This document shows positions 1 to 11,331 of a stretch of DNA of 64,000 nt, in pieces. The notes below the pieces were generated by a model. The model was not told the DNA's origin. It saw only the letters and a list, made by a program, of their open reading frames with translations, and ran no database searches. Each line of letters begins with the position of its first letter. The stretch's first letter is position 1. A program made the position numbers and the translations under genes. This DNA comes from an uncultured Clostridia bacterium (GTDB lineage Bacteria; Bacillota; Clostridia; Oscillospirales; Oscillospiraceae), in assembly GCA_945873695.1 (NCBI GenBank), contig CAMCDX010000002.1:7790-71789 (forward strand), read 5' to 3'.

Positions 1-20
1 AAAAGAGCCTGACGACCCTT

Positions 21-111
21 TGAACTGCACCCCATTTGTTAGACAGTATGATATACTATCTAATAAGTGGGGTGTTTTATTATGCCAAAAGGGATACCAA
101 ACAATACTTGA
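21..111 (+). mobile_element. IS3-family (IS150-like) left-end remnant with truncated OrfA start (MPKGIPNNT*, 82-111)
   Basis: Starts TGAACTGCACCCCATTTGTTAGACA, resembling IS150-group ends as recalled; internal inverted repeat CACCCCA...TGGGGTG; ORF stops after 9 codons; AT-rich relative to flanks. Confidence 0.7.
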
Positions 112-140
112 GACAAGATTCTTGACAGGAGGGGACCTCT

Positions 141-512
141 ATGAGCGAATACTCCGGCAATATCCGGGACCTGCCCGTGGTGACCGGCGGCCACTTTATC
201 GAAAATTCCACCAAGAAAATCGTCTTCGGGCCGGATGGCCGGTTCTGGGACGACTACGTGATGCGGCTGTTTACGCTGGAGCCCGGCGCGGAGAGCAGCA
301 TCCACTCCCACTCCTGGCCTCACTGGTTCCTGTGCATCAAGGGGGAGGGCTACTTCCTCATCGGCAAGGAGCGGGTGCCTCTGGAGTTCGGCACCTGGGT
401 CCACATCCCCGGCGGCACCCGCCACAACTTCGGCAACACCGGCAACGGTGAGCTGATGGGCCTGTGCATCGTGCCCCCGGAAGGGGACGTGAACCCTCTC
501 ACCGGCTGCTGA
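141..512 (+). CDS. Cupin domain protein
   Basis: HSHSWPH...GEG and PGGTRH cupin motifs; AGGAGG RBS. Confidence 0.85.
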   Translation: MSEYSGNIRDLPVVTGGHFIENSTKKIVFGPDGRFWDDYVMRLFTLEPGAESSIHSHSWPHWFLCIKGEGYFLIGKERVPLEFGTWVHIPGGTRHNFGNTGNGELMGLCIVPPEGDVNPLTGC

Positions 513-530
513 GGCGCCGGGAAAACTGAC

Positions 531-561
531 AAAAACCGGGAGCGGATGCTCCCGGTTTTTT
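531..561. terminator. Bidirectional intrinsic terminator
   Basis: AAAAACCGGGAGC-GGAT-GCTCCCGGTTTTTT between convergent genes. Confidence 0.8.
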
Positions 562-565
562 CTGT

Positions 566-1996
566 TCAGTGGATCTCCGTGATATCGTCCTCGTCCTCCG
601 GCATTTCAGGGAAGCGGCTGACATGGATGTGTCCGCCCTCCGGCACGGGGTCGCCCCCATCGGGGTCCCTGTGGGTCCGCCAGCGGGAGGTGTCGATGGG
701 CTCGCTCTCCTCGAACAGGTCGTAGTAGTCCTCGTCCCGCAGCTTGGGCCGGCGGTGGCGGACGATGGCCGTGATGGTGGGGTACAGCACGATGGCGATG
801 AGGCCGCCGGAGAAGCCGTTGTTATAGAGGTTCAGCCCCGCCACGGGGCCGCCTGTCTGCAGCACCAGGGCAGAGTGGATGAAGCCCGCCAGAATGCCGA
901 AGGGCCACCCGAAGTGGCCGGCAATGGGGGCCAGAGTGGTGCCGAAGAGCCCCGCCAGCTGGAGGGAGGGATAGTCCGGCGTATAGTGCATGCCGTAGGC
1001 CCCCAGGGCCACGCCGATCATGACGGGCAGAATGTTGAAGGCGTGCTTGCCGAAGGCGGAGAAGCCCATGATGGTGAAGATGCCGCCCAGGGTGGGGCCG
1101 TTGAGGTCACCGCCCACCAGGAAAATGTATCCCATGCCCAGCAGGCCGTTGACGCCCACGTTGATCAGCACCGGCCCGGCGCCGAACATGCGCAGATAAT
1201 CGCTGGGAGCGCGGCCGGTGGTGGACAGCAGCCGGCGGTAGCCCGCCCAGACGGCCCACACCGGGGTGCCGGTGCCGAAGAGGCCCGTCAGGATAAAAAC
1301 GGCGCACAAAACGCCCAGGATGATGGCGAAGGTGCCGTTGTAGCCCTCCGCCCAGTAAAGCACGGAGTCCGGCTGGTCGCCGAAGGCAGTGAGGATGGGC
1401 ACGATCATCATGGCGAACAGGCCGCAGGCGAAGCCCATGTTGTACAGGTTCATGCCGTTCTGGATCTTATACGTATACGCCGACAGGGAGGGCAGCACGA
1501 AGCCGATGATGATGCCTGTCAGGACGCCCAGGGGGATACTGGCATGGATGCTGCCCAGGGCCATGTAGCTGACCAGCGGCGCCAGGGAGGTGGCCAGCAG
1601 TCCCACGGAGGCGTACTTGGCAAAAGGCTCCTTCTGGTATCGGCCGTACAGCCAGGTACCCAGGATGATGGGCCAAATGTTCAGCAGGTTCTTGCCGAAC
1701 AGGGAAAAGCCCGCCATCAGGCCCATCTCCACGATGGTGAAGCCGTTGAAGGGGTCCCCGGACAGCTTGATGATGCAGACGGAGATGATGGTCACCAGGC
1801 CGGAGTTGATGAGGGTGGCGCCCACGCCGGCGATATACACGTAGTCGGTGATCAGCAGATCCTGCATGGTGACAATGTGATACAGGCCCGGCAGGATATT
1901 GGCCGGGTCGTCCAGCAACACACCCAGGAGCATCAGCAGCACGGACACCCCGATGGTGCCCGGGAAGATCCTGTCATACCGGTTGGAGTGGTGCAA
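566..1996 (-). CDS. DUF1576-like polytopic membrane protein
   Basis: Internally duplicated motifs (GFSLFGKN/GFSAFGKH, TSLAP/TTLAP, NLYNMGF/NLYNNGF); TTG start after AGAAAGGAGG. Confidence 0.75.
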   Translation of the reverse strand: MHHSNRYDRIFPGTIGVSVLLMLLGVLLDDPANILPGLYHIVTMQDLLITDYVYIAGVGATLINSGLVTIISVCIIKLSGDPFNGFTIVEMGLMAGFSLFGKNLLNIWPIILGTWLYGRYQKEPFAKYASVGLLATSLAPLVSYMALGSIHASIPLGVLTGIIIGFVLPSLSAYTYKIQNGMNLYNMGFACGLFAMMIVPILTAFGDQPDSVLYWAEGYNGTFAIILGVLCAVFILTGLFGTGTPVWAVWAGYRRLLSTTGRAPSDYLRMFGAGPVLINVGVNGLLGMGYIFLVGGDLNGPTLGGIFTIMGFSAFGKHAFNILPVMIGVALGAYGMHYTPDYPSLQLAGLFGTTLAPIAGHFGWPFGILAGFIHSALVLQTGGPVAGLNLYNNGFSGGLIAIVLYPTITAIVRHRRPKLRDEDYYDLFEESEPIDTSRWRTHRDPDGGDPVPEGGHIHVSRFPEMPEDEDDITEIH

Positions 1997-2092
1997 ACGG
2001 AGGCCTCCTTTCTTGTTTTCATAGTTCTATTATATGAGACACGGGCGGGTCAGGCAAGACGTTTTTCTGAATCTTTTTCTTCCAATTTCGCG

Positions 2093-2130
2093 AAAAACCG
2101 CCCCGGACCCCTGGGTCCGGGACGGTTTTT
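2093..2130 (-). terminator. Intrinsic terminator after flavin oxidoreductase
   Basis: AAAAACCG-C-CCCGGACCC/GGGTCCGGG-A-CGGTTTTT hairpin. Confidence 0.7.
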
Positions 2131-2134
2131 CAGT

Positions 2135-4084
2135 TTATTCCGCGGCGAAGGTCCAGGCCTTCTCGAAGCCGCCCCGGACGGCGCCGGCGATGCGCCCCGG
2201 GGTCTCGGCGCTGCCCACCAGGACGGTGGGGAGGCCGGCGGCCTCGAACTCCGCCGCCAGAGGCGCCTGGTTCCGGGTGCCCAGAGCCAGTACCACCGTG
2301 TCGGCGGCCAGAGTCTTGGTCCCGCCGGTGGTCAGGTCCGCCACCTCCGCGCCACTGTCTGTGACAGCGGTCAGCTTGTGGCTGGCGAGGATTTCGGGGG
2401 AATGAGGCGTGATGCGGCTCATGATGTCGTTGAATACCACATTGTAGATGCCCTGGCCTACGGTGGGGTTCATCTCCACCATGGTCAGCTTGTGCCCCTG
2501 TTCCAGCACTATCTCGGCGCACTCCAGGCCGGTAAGGCCGGTGCCGATGAGGACCACATTGTCTCCGCACTTGGCATTCCCCAGAATGACATCCTCCGCC
2601 AGCACCGCCTTTTCAATGCCGGGGATGGACTGCGGCACCACGGGAGGCGCGCCCACGGCCAGGAACACGCCCACAGGAGCCATGGACTTCACCAGTTCGG
2701 GGGTGGCCTCGGTGTTCAGGCGGATATCCACACCGGCTTCCCGGGCTTCCAGGGCCAGCACATCGATGGTGCCCTGAATGTTGGCCTTGAAGGGAGGCAG
2801 CTTGGCGATGTTCAGCGTGCCGCCCAGGGTGGCGCTCTTTTCCAGCATCGTGACGGCAAAGCCCCGCTTGGCCAGGATGATGGCACACTCCAGGCCGCCG
2901 GGGCCGCCGCCCACAACCACCACGGGCCGGCCCGCACCGTTTTTCTGTAAGTCCTGCCAGCGGTAACGGTACTCCCGGCCCAGCCGGGGGTTCAGGGAGC
3001 ACTGGACCGGCATGGCGCCGCCCAGCAGCCGCTCCCGGCAGTACATGCAGCCGATGCAGTTGCGGATTTTTTCAGGATGGCCCGCCTTGGCCTTGTTCAT
3101 GAACTCGGGGTCGGCGAACTGGCTGCGGCCCAGGGCCACGAAGTCGCTGACGCCCTCCTCCAGCAGCTGCTCGGCGAAGTCCGGGTCCTTAATGGTATTG
3201 GTGGCGATGACGGGGATGGACAGGGCCTCCTTGAAGGCTTTAGCGACATGCTTCTTCCAGCCCGGCGTGTAGGAGAAGGGCTCGCAGTTGGCGTTGCCGT
3301 TCCAGGAGCTGCCGTTGGAGATGTTGATGCAGTCGATGCCCTGTGCCTCCAGGTGCCTGGCGATGGCAAGGCCTCCCTCCAGGTTCCAGAAACCGGGGTG
3401 GTCGGTCATCTCGTCGCCGCAGATGCGGACGGAGATGGGGTAATTGCCCAGCTTTGCCCGGATGCCGACGATGACCTCGTCAATGAAGCGGCATCGGTTC
3501 TCCAGGGAGCCGCCGTACTGGTCGGTGCGGCGGTTGTAGTACTCGCTGAGGAACTGGGTCATGAGATACCCGTGGGCAGCGTGGAGCTCCACGCCGTCAT
3601 AGCCCGCCTTCTTGCAGCGGACGGCGGCGGCGATGAACTTATCCTGGACCCGCTTGATGTCCTCCAGGGTCATCTCCCGGGGGACCTCCCCGGCGGGAGT
3701 CATGGGGACGCCGCTGGGGCTCAGGTTCTGGCGGCCAGTAAAGGCGCTCTTGCTGGTGGCGCCGCCGTGGTGGAGCTGGGCAAAGATTTTCGCCCCGTAG
3801 ATGTGGACCGTCTCCGTCAGCTCCTCGGCGGCCTTCACGTTGTAGTCCTGGGCCATCCGCAGGTTGTGCTGGGTGGGGATGGAGTCCACGTCGTCCACGC
3901 CGGTGTACTCGTTGATGATGAGGCCGATGCCGCCCTTGGCCCGCTCGGCGTAGTAGGCGATGAGCCGGGGACTGGCGTTGCCGTTGGTGTCGGCGAAATC
4001 CGTGCCCATGGGGGACATGACCGCCCGGTTGCGGATGGTCAGCGGGCCGATGCGGCCCGGGGTAAACAGTTTCTCGTATGCCAT
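2135..4084 (-). CDS. NADH:flavin oxidoreductase (OYE barrel + Fe-S + FAD domain; FadH/BaiCD-like architecture)
   Basis: ELHAAHGYL, NRRTDQYGGSLENR, CIGCMYC...C cluster, GGGPGG dinucleotide motif. Confidence 0.9.
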   Translation of the reverse strand: MAYEKLFTPGRIGPLTIRNRAVMSPMGTDFADTNGNASPRLIAYYAERAKGGIGLIINEYTGVDDVDSIPTQHNLRMAQDYNVKAAEELTETVHIYGAKIFAQLHHGGATSKSAFTGRQNLSPSGVPMTPAGEVPREMTLEDIKRVQDKFIAAAVRCKKAGYDGVELHAAHGYLMTQFLSEYYNRRTDQYGGSLENRCRFIDEVIVGIRAKLGNYPISVRICGDEMTDHPGFWNLEGGLAIARHLEAQGIDCINISNGSSWNGNANCEPFSYTPGWKKHVAKAFKEALSIPVIATNTIKDPDFAEQLLEEGVSDFVALGRSQFADPEFMNKAKAGHPEKIRNCIGCMYCRERLLGGAMPVQCSLNPRLGREYRYRWQDLQKNGAGRPVVVVGGGPGGLECAIILAKRGFAVTMLEKSATLGGTLNIAKLPPFKANIQGTIDVLALEAREAGVDIRLNTEATPELVKSMAPVGVFLAVGAPPVVPQSIPGIEKAVLAEDVILGNAKCGDNVVLIGTGLTGLECAEIVLEQGHKLTMVEMNPTVGQGIYNVVFNDIMSRITPHSPEILASHKLTAVTDSGAEVADLTTGGTKTLAADTVVLALGTRNQAPLAAEFEAAGLPTVLVGSAETPGRIAGAVRGGFEKAWTFAAE

Positions 4085-4093
4085 GGCGCGCCC

Positions 4094-4702
4094 TTAGTCA
4101 AAATTGCGGTTGTGGCTGAAATGGCCGGGGTTGGCCACAGGGGCGATGGTGGAGACCCAGCGGTTGGTGTAGTTGAAGAAGCCGGCCACATAGGCGGCCT
4201 CCAGGATCTCGTGGTCGTTAAAGCCCACGGCCCGCAGCTTTTCGATCTGGTCGGCGCCGATCTCGTCGGCGTGCTTGGTGACGTACCAGGCGTACTCGCA
4301 CAGGGCGTACTGCTTCTCCGTCAGCAGATCCTTGGCGGAGCGGAAGTTGTAGCTGAGCTTATCCACCAGGATGGGGTTCTTGGTGTAGCCCCGCAGCGCG
4401 TCGCCGTGGGTGGTGAGGCAGTAGGAGCAGCAGTTGACGGAGGACACCACCACGCCGATCATCTCCTTGTCGGCGTTGGTGAGAAAGCAGGTCTCGGGGT
4501 TGAAGAGGGAGCCCTTGAAATTCAGGAAGCCGATGTACTGGGAGGCGTTCAGGGGCAGTACCTTGAAGAGGTTGTTGATGAAGCCCCAGTTCTTCTCCAT
4601 GGACTCCACGTTCTGGTTGAAGACCTCGTACTCCTTGTTGGTCATCTCGTCGCGGCTGGGCTTTTCCAGGCGGGACAGCTGTTCATCAAATTCCAGTGCC
4701 AT
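4094..4702 (-). CDS. AhpD/CMD-family peroxidase-related enzyme
   Basis: EMIGVVVSSVNCCSYCLTTHG (CxxC) and FNYTNR motifs; AGGAGG RBS. Confidence 0.8.
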   Translation of the reverse strand: MALEFDEQLSRLEKPSRDEMTNKEYEVFNQNVESMEKNWGFINNLFKVLPLNASQYIGFLNFKGSLFNPETCFLTNADKEMIGVVVSSVNCCSYCLTTHGDALRGYTKNPILVDKLSYNFRSAKDLLTEKQYALCEYAWYVTKHADEIGADQIEKLRAVGFNDHEILEAAYVAGFFNYTNRWVSTIAPVANPGHFSHNRNFD

Positions 4703-4786
4703 AAGTAATTCCTCCTAAAATGATATGAAATGTGGAAACCGGCGGGCGCGGCAGATGTTTGCCGCGCCCGCCGTCGGATGCAAGTC

Positions 4787-5557
4787 TTATTCAGCAGGGC
4801 AGATGGCAAAGCATCTGGCGGGGAAGCCCACGCCGTCCTTCAGCTTGGGGAAGGCGCAGACGATGATGCTGCCCACGGGGGGCACCTGGTCCAGGTTCCG
4901 CATGACCTCGATCTGGATGCGGTCCACCTCCAGGATGTACTGCTCGCCGGGATAGGGGTAAGCCCCCTCCTTGGTGGTGACGAAGCCGGGATCGGTGTCC
5001 GCGGGCTCATGGCCGATGGCGCCGATGTTCCGCTCCTCCACCAGCCACTGGATGGCTGCCTTGTCCCAGCCGGGATAGTGGGGCACGCCGTTCTCGTCAG
5101 GGTTGTCCAGGTTGGCCTTCTTGTGCCAGTCGGACCGGAAGGCCACGAAGGCGCCGGCGGGGATCTGGCCGTATTCAGCCTCCCAGGCCTTGATGTCGTC
5201 CACGGTCAGCATGAAGTCCGGGTTCTCGGCACACTCCTTGGACTTGTCGATGACCACCAGAGGATACACCAGCTCCTGAACGGTGATCTCGTTCATGGGG
5301 CGGCCATTGCCCCAAAAATGGCGGGGCACGTCCACGTGGGTGCCGTACTGGCTGGCCACGCTGACCTGGAAGCAGCGCATGGGGGCCATCATATCGTCGG
5401 GAGTGCCTTCCACGTAGTCGAAGAGCTTGGTGGCCTCCAGGGGCTTGAAGCCGTACCAGTGGGGGGTCTCCGGGCTCAGCTCATGGGTCAGGTCTACCCA
5501 TTTGTACTTGGGGGACTTCCACTCCCGCAGCTGTTCCCACAGGGTCAGATTTGCCAT
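4787..5557 (-). CDS. Cyclase family metal hydrolase (kynurenine formamidase/isatin hydrolase-like)
   Basis: DLTH, QYGTHVDVPRH, GHEPADTD, GFPAR motifs; ATG at 5557 after GGAGG. Confidence 0.85.
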   Translation of the reverse strand: MANLTLWEQLREWKSPKYKWVDLTHELSPETPHWYGFKPLEATKLFDYVEGTPDDMMAPMRCFQVSVASQYGTHVDVPRHFWGNGRPMNEITVQELVYPLVVIDKSKECAENPDFMLTVDDIKAWEAEYGQIPAGAFVAFRSDWHKKANLDNPDENGVPHYPGWDKAAIQWLVEERNIGAIGHEPADTDPGFVTTKEGAYPYPGEQYILEVDRIQIEVMRNLDQVPPVGSIIVCAFPKLKDGVGFPARCFAICPAE

Positions 5558-5726
5558 AACTGTATCCTCCTTTTCAATTGTCCGTTCAAAGGGTCTCCGC
5601 TTCCGCCGGAGGCCGGCGGCTTTATGGAGTATAGTATACAAATAACCAGCCCGGTTTGCAAGAGTCTGTCACTTTAAATCGGCAAAAAATTGCCAGCTGC
5701 CCCGAAGGAGGACCGCCGGATGGGAT

Positions 5727-7064
5727 TTACAGTTTTCTCCAGACCGTCAGCATCATCACCGTGAAGCAGGCGATACCGCCCACCAGGTTCGAGATAGGCT
5801 CGGACCAGAGGACGCCGTCCACCCCCAGGAAATGCGGGAGGAGCCAGATCAGGGGAATCACCAGCCCCACCTTTCGGAACAGGGAGAAGAAGATGGCAAA
5901 CTTCGCCTTGCCCAGGGAGGTAAAGGCAGCCTGTCCGGACATCTGAAGGGCCATGAAGCAGAAGCCGAAGAAGAAAATGTGCAGCAGGTGGGCGCCCACC
6001 CGGGTCAGCTCCGGGTCGTCATTGAACAGCCGCACCAGCTCCTCCGGGAACAGGAACACCACGCCCCAGGCCAGCAGCATATAAGCGGTGCAGACGGCGG
6101 TCATGAAAAGGATGCCCTGCTTCACCCGGCCGTACTCTTTGGCGCCGTAGTTATAGCCAATGACCGGCTGGGCGCCGCCGGTGAGGCCGTTGGCGGGCAT
6201 GCACACCACTTCCCGCAGGGAGTTGATGACCGTCATGGCTCCCACGTACACGTCGCCGCCCAGGGACTGAAGGGTGTTGTTGTAGGCGAACTGGGTGGCG
6301 GCGTTGGTGAAGGACATGGTAAAGTTGCAAAAGCCCAGCTGGACAATGTCCCGCAGCAGCGCCGGGCACCAGCGGATATGCTCCCGCCGGAGCTTTAAAA
6401 TAGCCTTAGGGCCTGTCAGGAACCGCAGCACCCAGGCCGCCGCCAGCAGCTGGGACACCACCGTGGCAATGGCCGCTCCCCGGACGCCCAGGCCCAGGCC
6501 GTAGATCAGCAGCGGGTCCAGGACGATGTTGACGGCGGCGCCGGCTGCGATGGTGACCATGCCGGTCCGGCCGAAGCCCTGGCTGTTGATGAAGCCGTTC
6601 ATCCCCAGGCTCAGCATGGCGAAGAAGGTGCCCCAGATGTAGATGGAGAAGTAATCCCGGGCGTAGGGGTAGGTGTCGGCGCTGGCGCCGAAGAGATACA
6701 GGATCGGTCTCCGAAAGAGGACGCCCACCGCCGTCAGCACCAGGGCCGTCACGATGAGCATGTAGCAGGCGGCGCCCATGATCCGCTCCGCCAGGGCATC
6801 GTCCTTCCGTCCCCGGGCGATGGAGCACAGCGGCGCGCCGCCCATGCCGAAGAGGTTGGTAAAGGCGGTGATGACGCTGATGATGGGGAATACGATACCC
6901 ACGCCGGTGAGGGCCAGGGAGGAGGCATCGTCGATGTGGCCGATGAAGAACCGGTCCGTCACGTTGTAAAGCACGTTCACCAGCTGGGCGATGGTCATGG
7001 GAACGGCCATGCGCATGATATTGCCGGCCACGCTGCCCCGGCTGAAATCCTGCTTGCTGTCCAC
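5727..7064 (-). CDS. MATE family efflux transporter
   Basis: YNVTDRFFIG, NIVLDPLLI..LGVRGAAIATVVSQ, GYNYGAK; GTG start after GGGAGG. Confidence 0.9.
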   Translation of the reverse strand: MDSKQDFSRGSVAGNIMRMAVPMTIAQLVNVLYNVTDRFFIGHIDDASSLALTGVGIVFPIISVITAFTNLFGMGGAPLCSIARGRKDDALAERIMGAACYMLIVTALVLTAVGVLFRRPILYLFGASADTYPYARDYFSIYIWGTFFAMLSLGMNGFINSQGFGRTGMVTIAAGAAVNIVLDPLLIYGLGLGVRGAAIATVVSQLLAAAWVLRFLTGPKAILKLRREHIRWCPALLRDIVQLGFCNFTMSFTNAATQFAYNNTLQSLGGDVYVGAMTVINSLREVVCMPANGLTGGAQPVIGYNYGAKEYGRVKQGILFMTAVCTAYMLLAWGVVFLFPEELVRLFNDDPELTRVGAHLLHIFFFGFCFMALQMSGQAAFTSLGKAKFAIFFSLFRKVGLVIPLIWLLPHFLGVDGVLWSEPISNLVGGIACFTVMMLTVWRKL

Positions 7065-7346
7065 GGTCCGCCTCCCCTGCCGAAATATTGGAACAAGTAT
7101 ATCACGCGGAGGGTGAAACGTCCAGAAAGCAGGCGGGAAATGCCCCGTTTTTTCGCCCCGCTTCCGCCCGCGTCGAGGAAACTCCCCAAAAATTCCCGGC
7201 GTCCTTGCCGTTTTTTCGCTTTTTTGCAAAATTCCAGAGTTTTGGGCCGGGGTCGACAGATTCAGACAGATTTTCTCCGATGCTTTGTGTATGATATCCC
7301 TGCAACTCCCCAATATCTAGTGCATTCAGGAAAGGAAGTACGCCCT

Positions 7347-7514
7347 ATGCAGAACATTACCAGAGAATACCTGCTGCTCTTCAATGCCATTACCGACGCG
7401 GAGGCGACATTGTCCCAGCTGCGTGCCCAGCTGATCGCCGCCCAGCAGCAGGCCGAGGCCCTGTTCCTGGACGACCCGGAGGAGTCCCGCCCGAACTCCC
7501 CACAGCCGCTCTGA
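7347..7514 (+). CDS. Small helical hypothetical protein (55 aa)
   Basis: AGGAAAGGAAG RBS, host-like codons, followed by terminator hairpin at about 7518-7545. Confidence 0.6.
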   Translation: MQNITREYLLLFNAITDAEATLSQLRAQLIAAQQQAEALFLDDPEESRPNSPQPL

Positions 7515-7623
7515 CCAAAAAGGCCGCCGGTTTCGGCGGCCTTTTCCGCTGCCTGGGAAAGGATTGCATTGCGCCGCTGTCCGCGATAAAATAGGAGCAG
7601 ACCACAAGACAGGAGGTGGCCCC

Positions 7624-9663
<2,040 letters not shown>

Positions 9664-9680
9664 ACACAAAGGAGACAACT

Positions 9681-10514
9681 ATGCTGCACATCGGATGCCA
9701 CCTGTCCTCCTCCAAGGGCTTTGCCGCCATGGGACGGCAGGCACTGGAGCTGGGGGCGGACACATTTCAGTTTTTCACCCGGAATCCCCGGGGGAGCAAA
9801 GCCAAGGACCTGGACCCCGCCGACGCGGCGGCCCTGGTGGAGCTGATGGCGGAGCACCGCTTCGCCCCCATCATTGCCCACGCCCCCTACACCCTGAACC
9901 TCTGCGGCGCGGAGGAGAGGAACCGGGCCTTCGCCCGGGAGACCATGGCCGACGACCTGCGCCGCATGGAGCACGTGCCGGGGCAGTACTACAACTTCCA
10001 CCCCGGCAGCCACGTGGGGCAGGGGACGGAGACCGGCATCGCCTATATCGCCGACGGCCTCAACGCCATTTTGCGGGAGGACCAGACCACCACCGTCCTG
10101 CTGGAGACCATGGCGGGAAAGGGCAGCGAGGTAGGCGGGCGGTTCGAGGAGCTGCGGGCCATCCTGGACCGGGTGGCCCTCAGCGGCAAAATGGGCGTGT
10201 GCCTGGACACCTGCCATGTCTCCGACGGCGGGTATGATATCATCAACGACCTGGACGGCGTGCTGACGGAGTTTGATAAGGTCATCGGCCTCAGCCGTCT
10301 GAAGGCCATCCACCTCAACGACAGCAAGAACCCCGCCGGCGCCCGGAAGGACCGCCACGCGTGCATCGGCGAGGGCTGCATCGGCCTGGAGGCTCTGGCC
10401 CGGGTGGTGCGGCATCCCGCCCTGAAGGACCTGCCCTTCTGCCTGGAGACCCCCAACGAGCTGCCGGGCTACGCCCGGGAGATCGCCCTGATGCGGGAGC
10501 AGGCGGAGGCGTGA
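9681..10514 (+). CDS. nfo: Endonuclease IV (AP endonuclease)
   Basis: HAPY..N, HPGSH, ETMAGKG, DTCH, HLNDSK, DRH, ETP motifs. Confidence 0.95.
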   Translation: MLHIGCHLSSSKGFAAMGRQALELGADTFQFFTRNPRGSKAKDLDPADAAALVELMAEHRFAPIIAHAPYTLNLCGAEERNRAFARETMADDLRRMEHVPGQYYNFHPGSHVGQGTETGIAYIADGLNAILREDQTTTVLLETMAGKGSEVGGRFEELRAILDRVALSGKMGVCLDTCHVSDGGYDIINDLDGVLTEFDKVIGLSRLKAIHLNDSKNPAGARKDRHACIGEGCIGLEALARVVRHPALKDLPFCLETPNELPGYAREIALMREQAEA

Positions 10515-10518
10515 CGAA

Positions 10519-10559
10519 ACAAACAGAGGGACCGGAGATCCTCCGGTCCCTCTGTTTGT
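10519..10559. terminator. Bidirectional terminator hairpin
   Basis: 19-bp perfect inverted repeat between convergent nfo and XRE gene. Confidence 0.75.
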
Positions 10560-10563
10560 CCTG

Positions 10564-10767
10564 TTACGGTTCATCTGTGCGGCCAACCAGATAATCCACA
10601 CTGACATGGTACAGATCTGCCAGCCTTATCATCATATCGAGAGGAATATTGACCTTTCCCAGTTCATATTTGGAATATGTGGTCTGGGTAATTCCGATTT
10701 TTTCAGCCACATACTCCTGCTTCCAGTCATTGTCTTCCCGTAAATCACGAATCCGTTGATAGATCAT
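10564..10767 (-). CDS. XRE-family HTH regulator
   Basis: RIRDLRED..Q..VA....ITQTTYSKYELG...VSVDYLVG. Confidence 0.88.
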   Translation of the reverse strand: MIYQRIRDLREDNDWKQEYVAEKIGITQTTYSKYELGKVNIPLDMMIRLADLYHVSVDYLVGRTDEP

Positions 10768-10791
10768 TTCATCACCCTGTTTTATCATAAT

Positions 10792-10834
10792 ATAGTCGCA
10801 ATATGACTATTGATTTTTAGTCGTACTGTGACTA
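10792..10834. promoter_or_regulatory. Two tandem palindromic operators TAGTC-N7-GACTA
   Basis: ATAGTCgcaatatGACTAT (10792-10810) and TAGTCgtactgtGACTA (10818-10834), the latter abutting TATAAT. Confidence 0.65.
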
Positions 10835-10857
10835 TAATTGATTTTGAGGTGATAACC

Positions 10858-11040
10858 ATGCCAGTATACCCCAAGCACGATGACACCGTCTGCGGCAGCT
10901 GTGAGTTTTTCCGCCGTCATTACATCCTCCACCGCTCCCGGTATATGGCCCTGGCGGTGGGCCACTGTGTCTGCCTGCGGTCCAAGGACCGGGAAGAGGG
11001 CAGCACCTGCCCCTCCTGGACGCCGAAACGGAAATCATAA
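10858..11040 (+). CDS. Small Cys/His-rich hypothetical protein (60 aa)
   Basis: GAGGTGA RBS; CGSC..HY..GHC.C..C pattern. Confidence 0.6.
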   Translation: MPVYPKHDDTVCGSCEFFRRHYILHRSRYMALAVGHCVCLRSKDREEGSTCPSWTPKRKS

Positions 11041-11070
11041 AAGGACGGCTGCCTTCCGGCAGCCGTCCCT

Positions 11071-11291
11071 CAGCTTGTCGAAAAACCACTGCTTAAAGCA
11101 ACTGGGTTGCATTTTGCAGGGGGAGTACGAGGGGGCGGGAGCCCATTCGTGTGGAATCAAATGCCTGCAAAAAGCCTGCGCCAGCAGGCGTTTGCGCCGC
11201 GCAGCGGCAGATTTTCGGGCAGCAGAGCGGCCAGAAAATCGAGGTATTGTGAAGGCGTCGAAAAAGTCCGTCGGACTTTTTCGACAGCCTG
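11071..11291 (+). mobile_element. 221-bp MITE copy 1, flanked by a 30-bp palindromic direct repeat
   Basis: Ends CAGCTTGTCGAAAAA / TTTTTCGACAGCCTG; AAGGACGGCTGCCTTCCGGCAGCCGTCCCT at 11041-11070 and 11292-11321; near-identical copy at 16075. Confidence 0.85.
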
Positions 11292-11331
11292 AAGGACGGC
11301 TGCCTTCCGGCAGCCGTCCCTGTTAATTGGA

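Noticed and set aside
2135-4084. Calling the oxidoreductase bilirubin reductase or a bai gene
   Set aside because: Has generic HGYL rather than the HGDR motif of BilR, and no bai operon context
11107-11292. Small ORFs repeated at 11107-11292 and 16074-16337
   Set aside because: They are readings of the MITE sequence, with no RBS or transposase motifs
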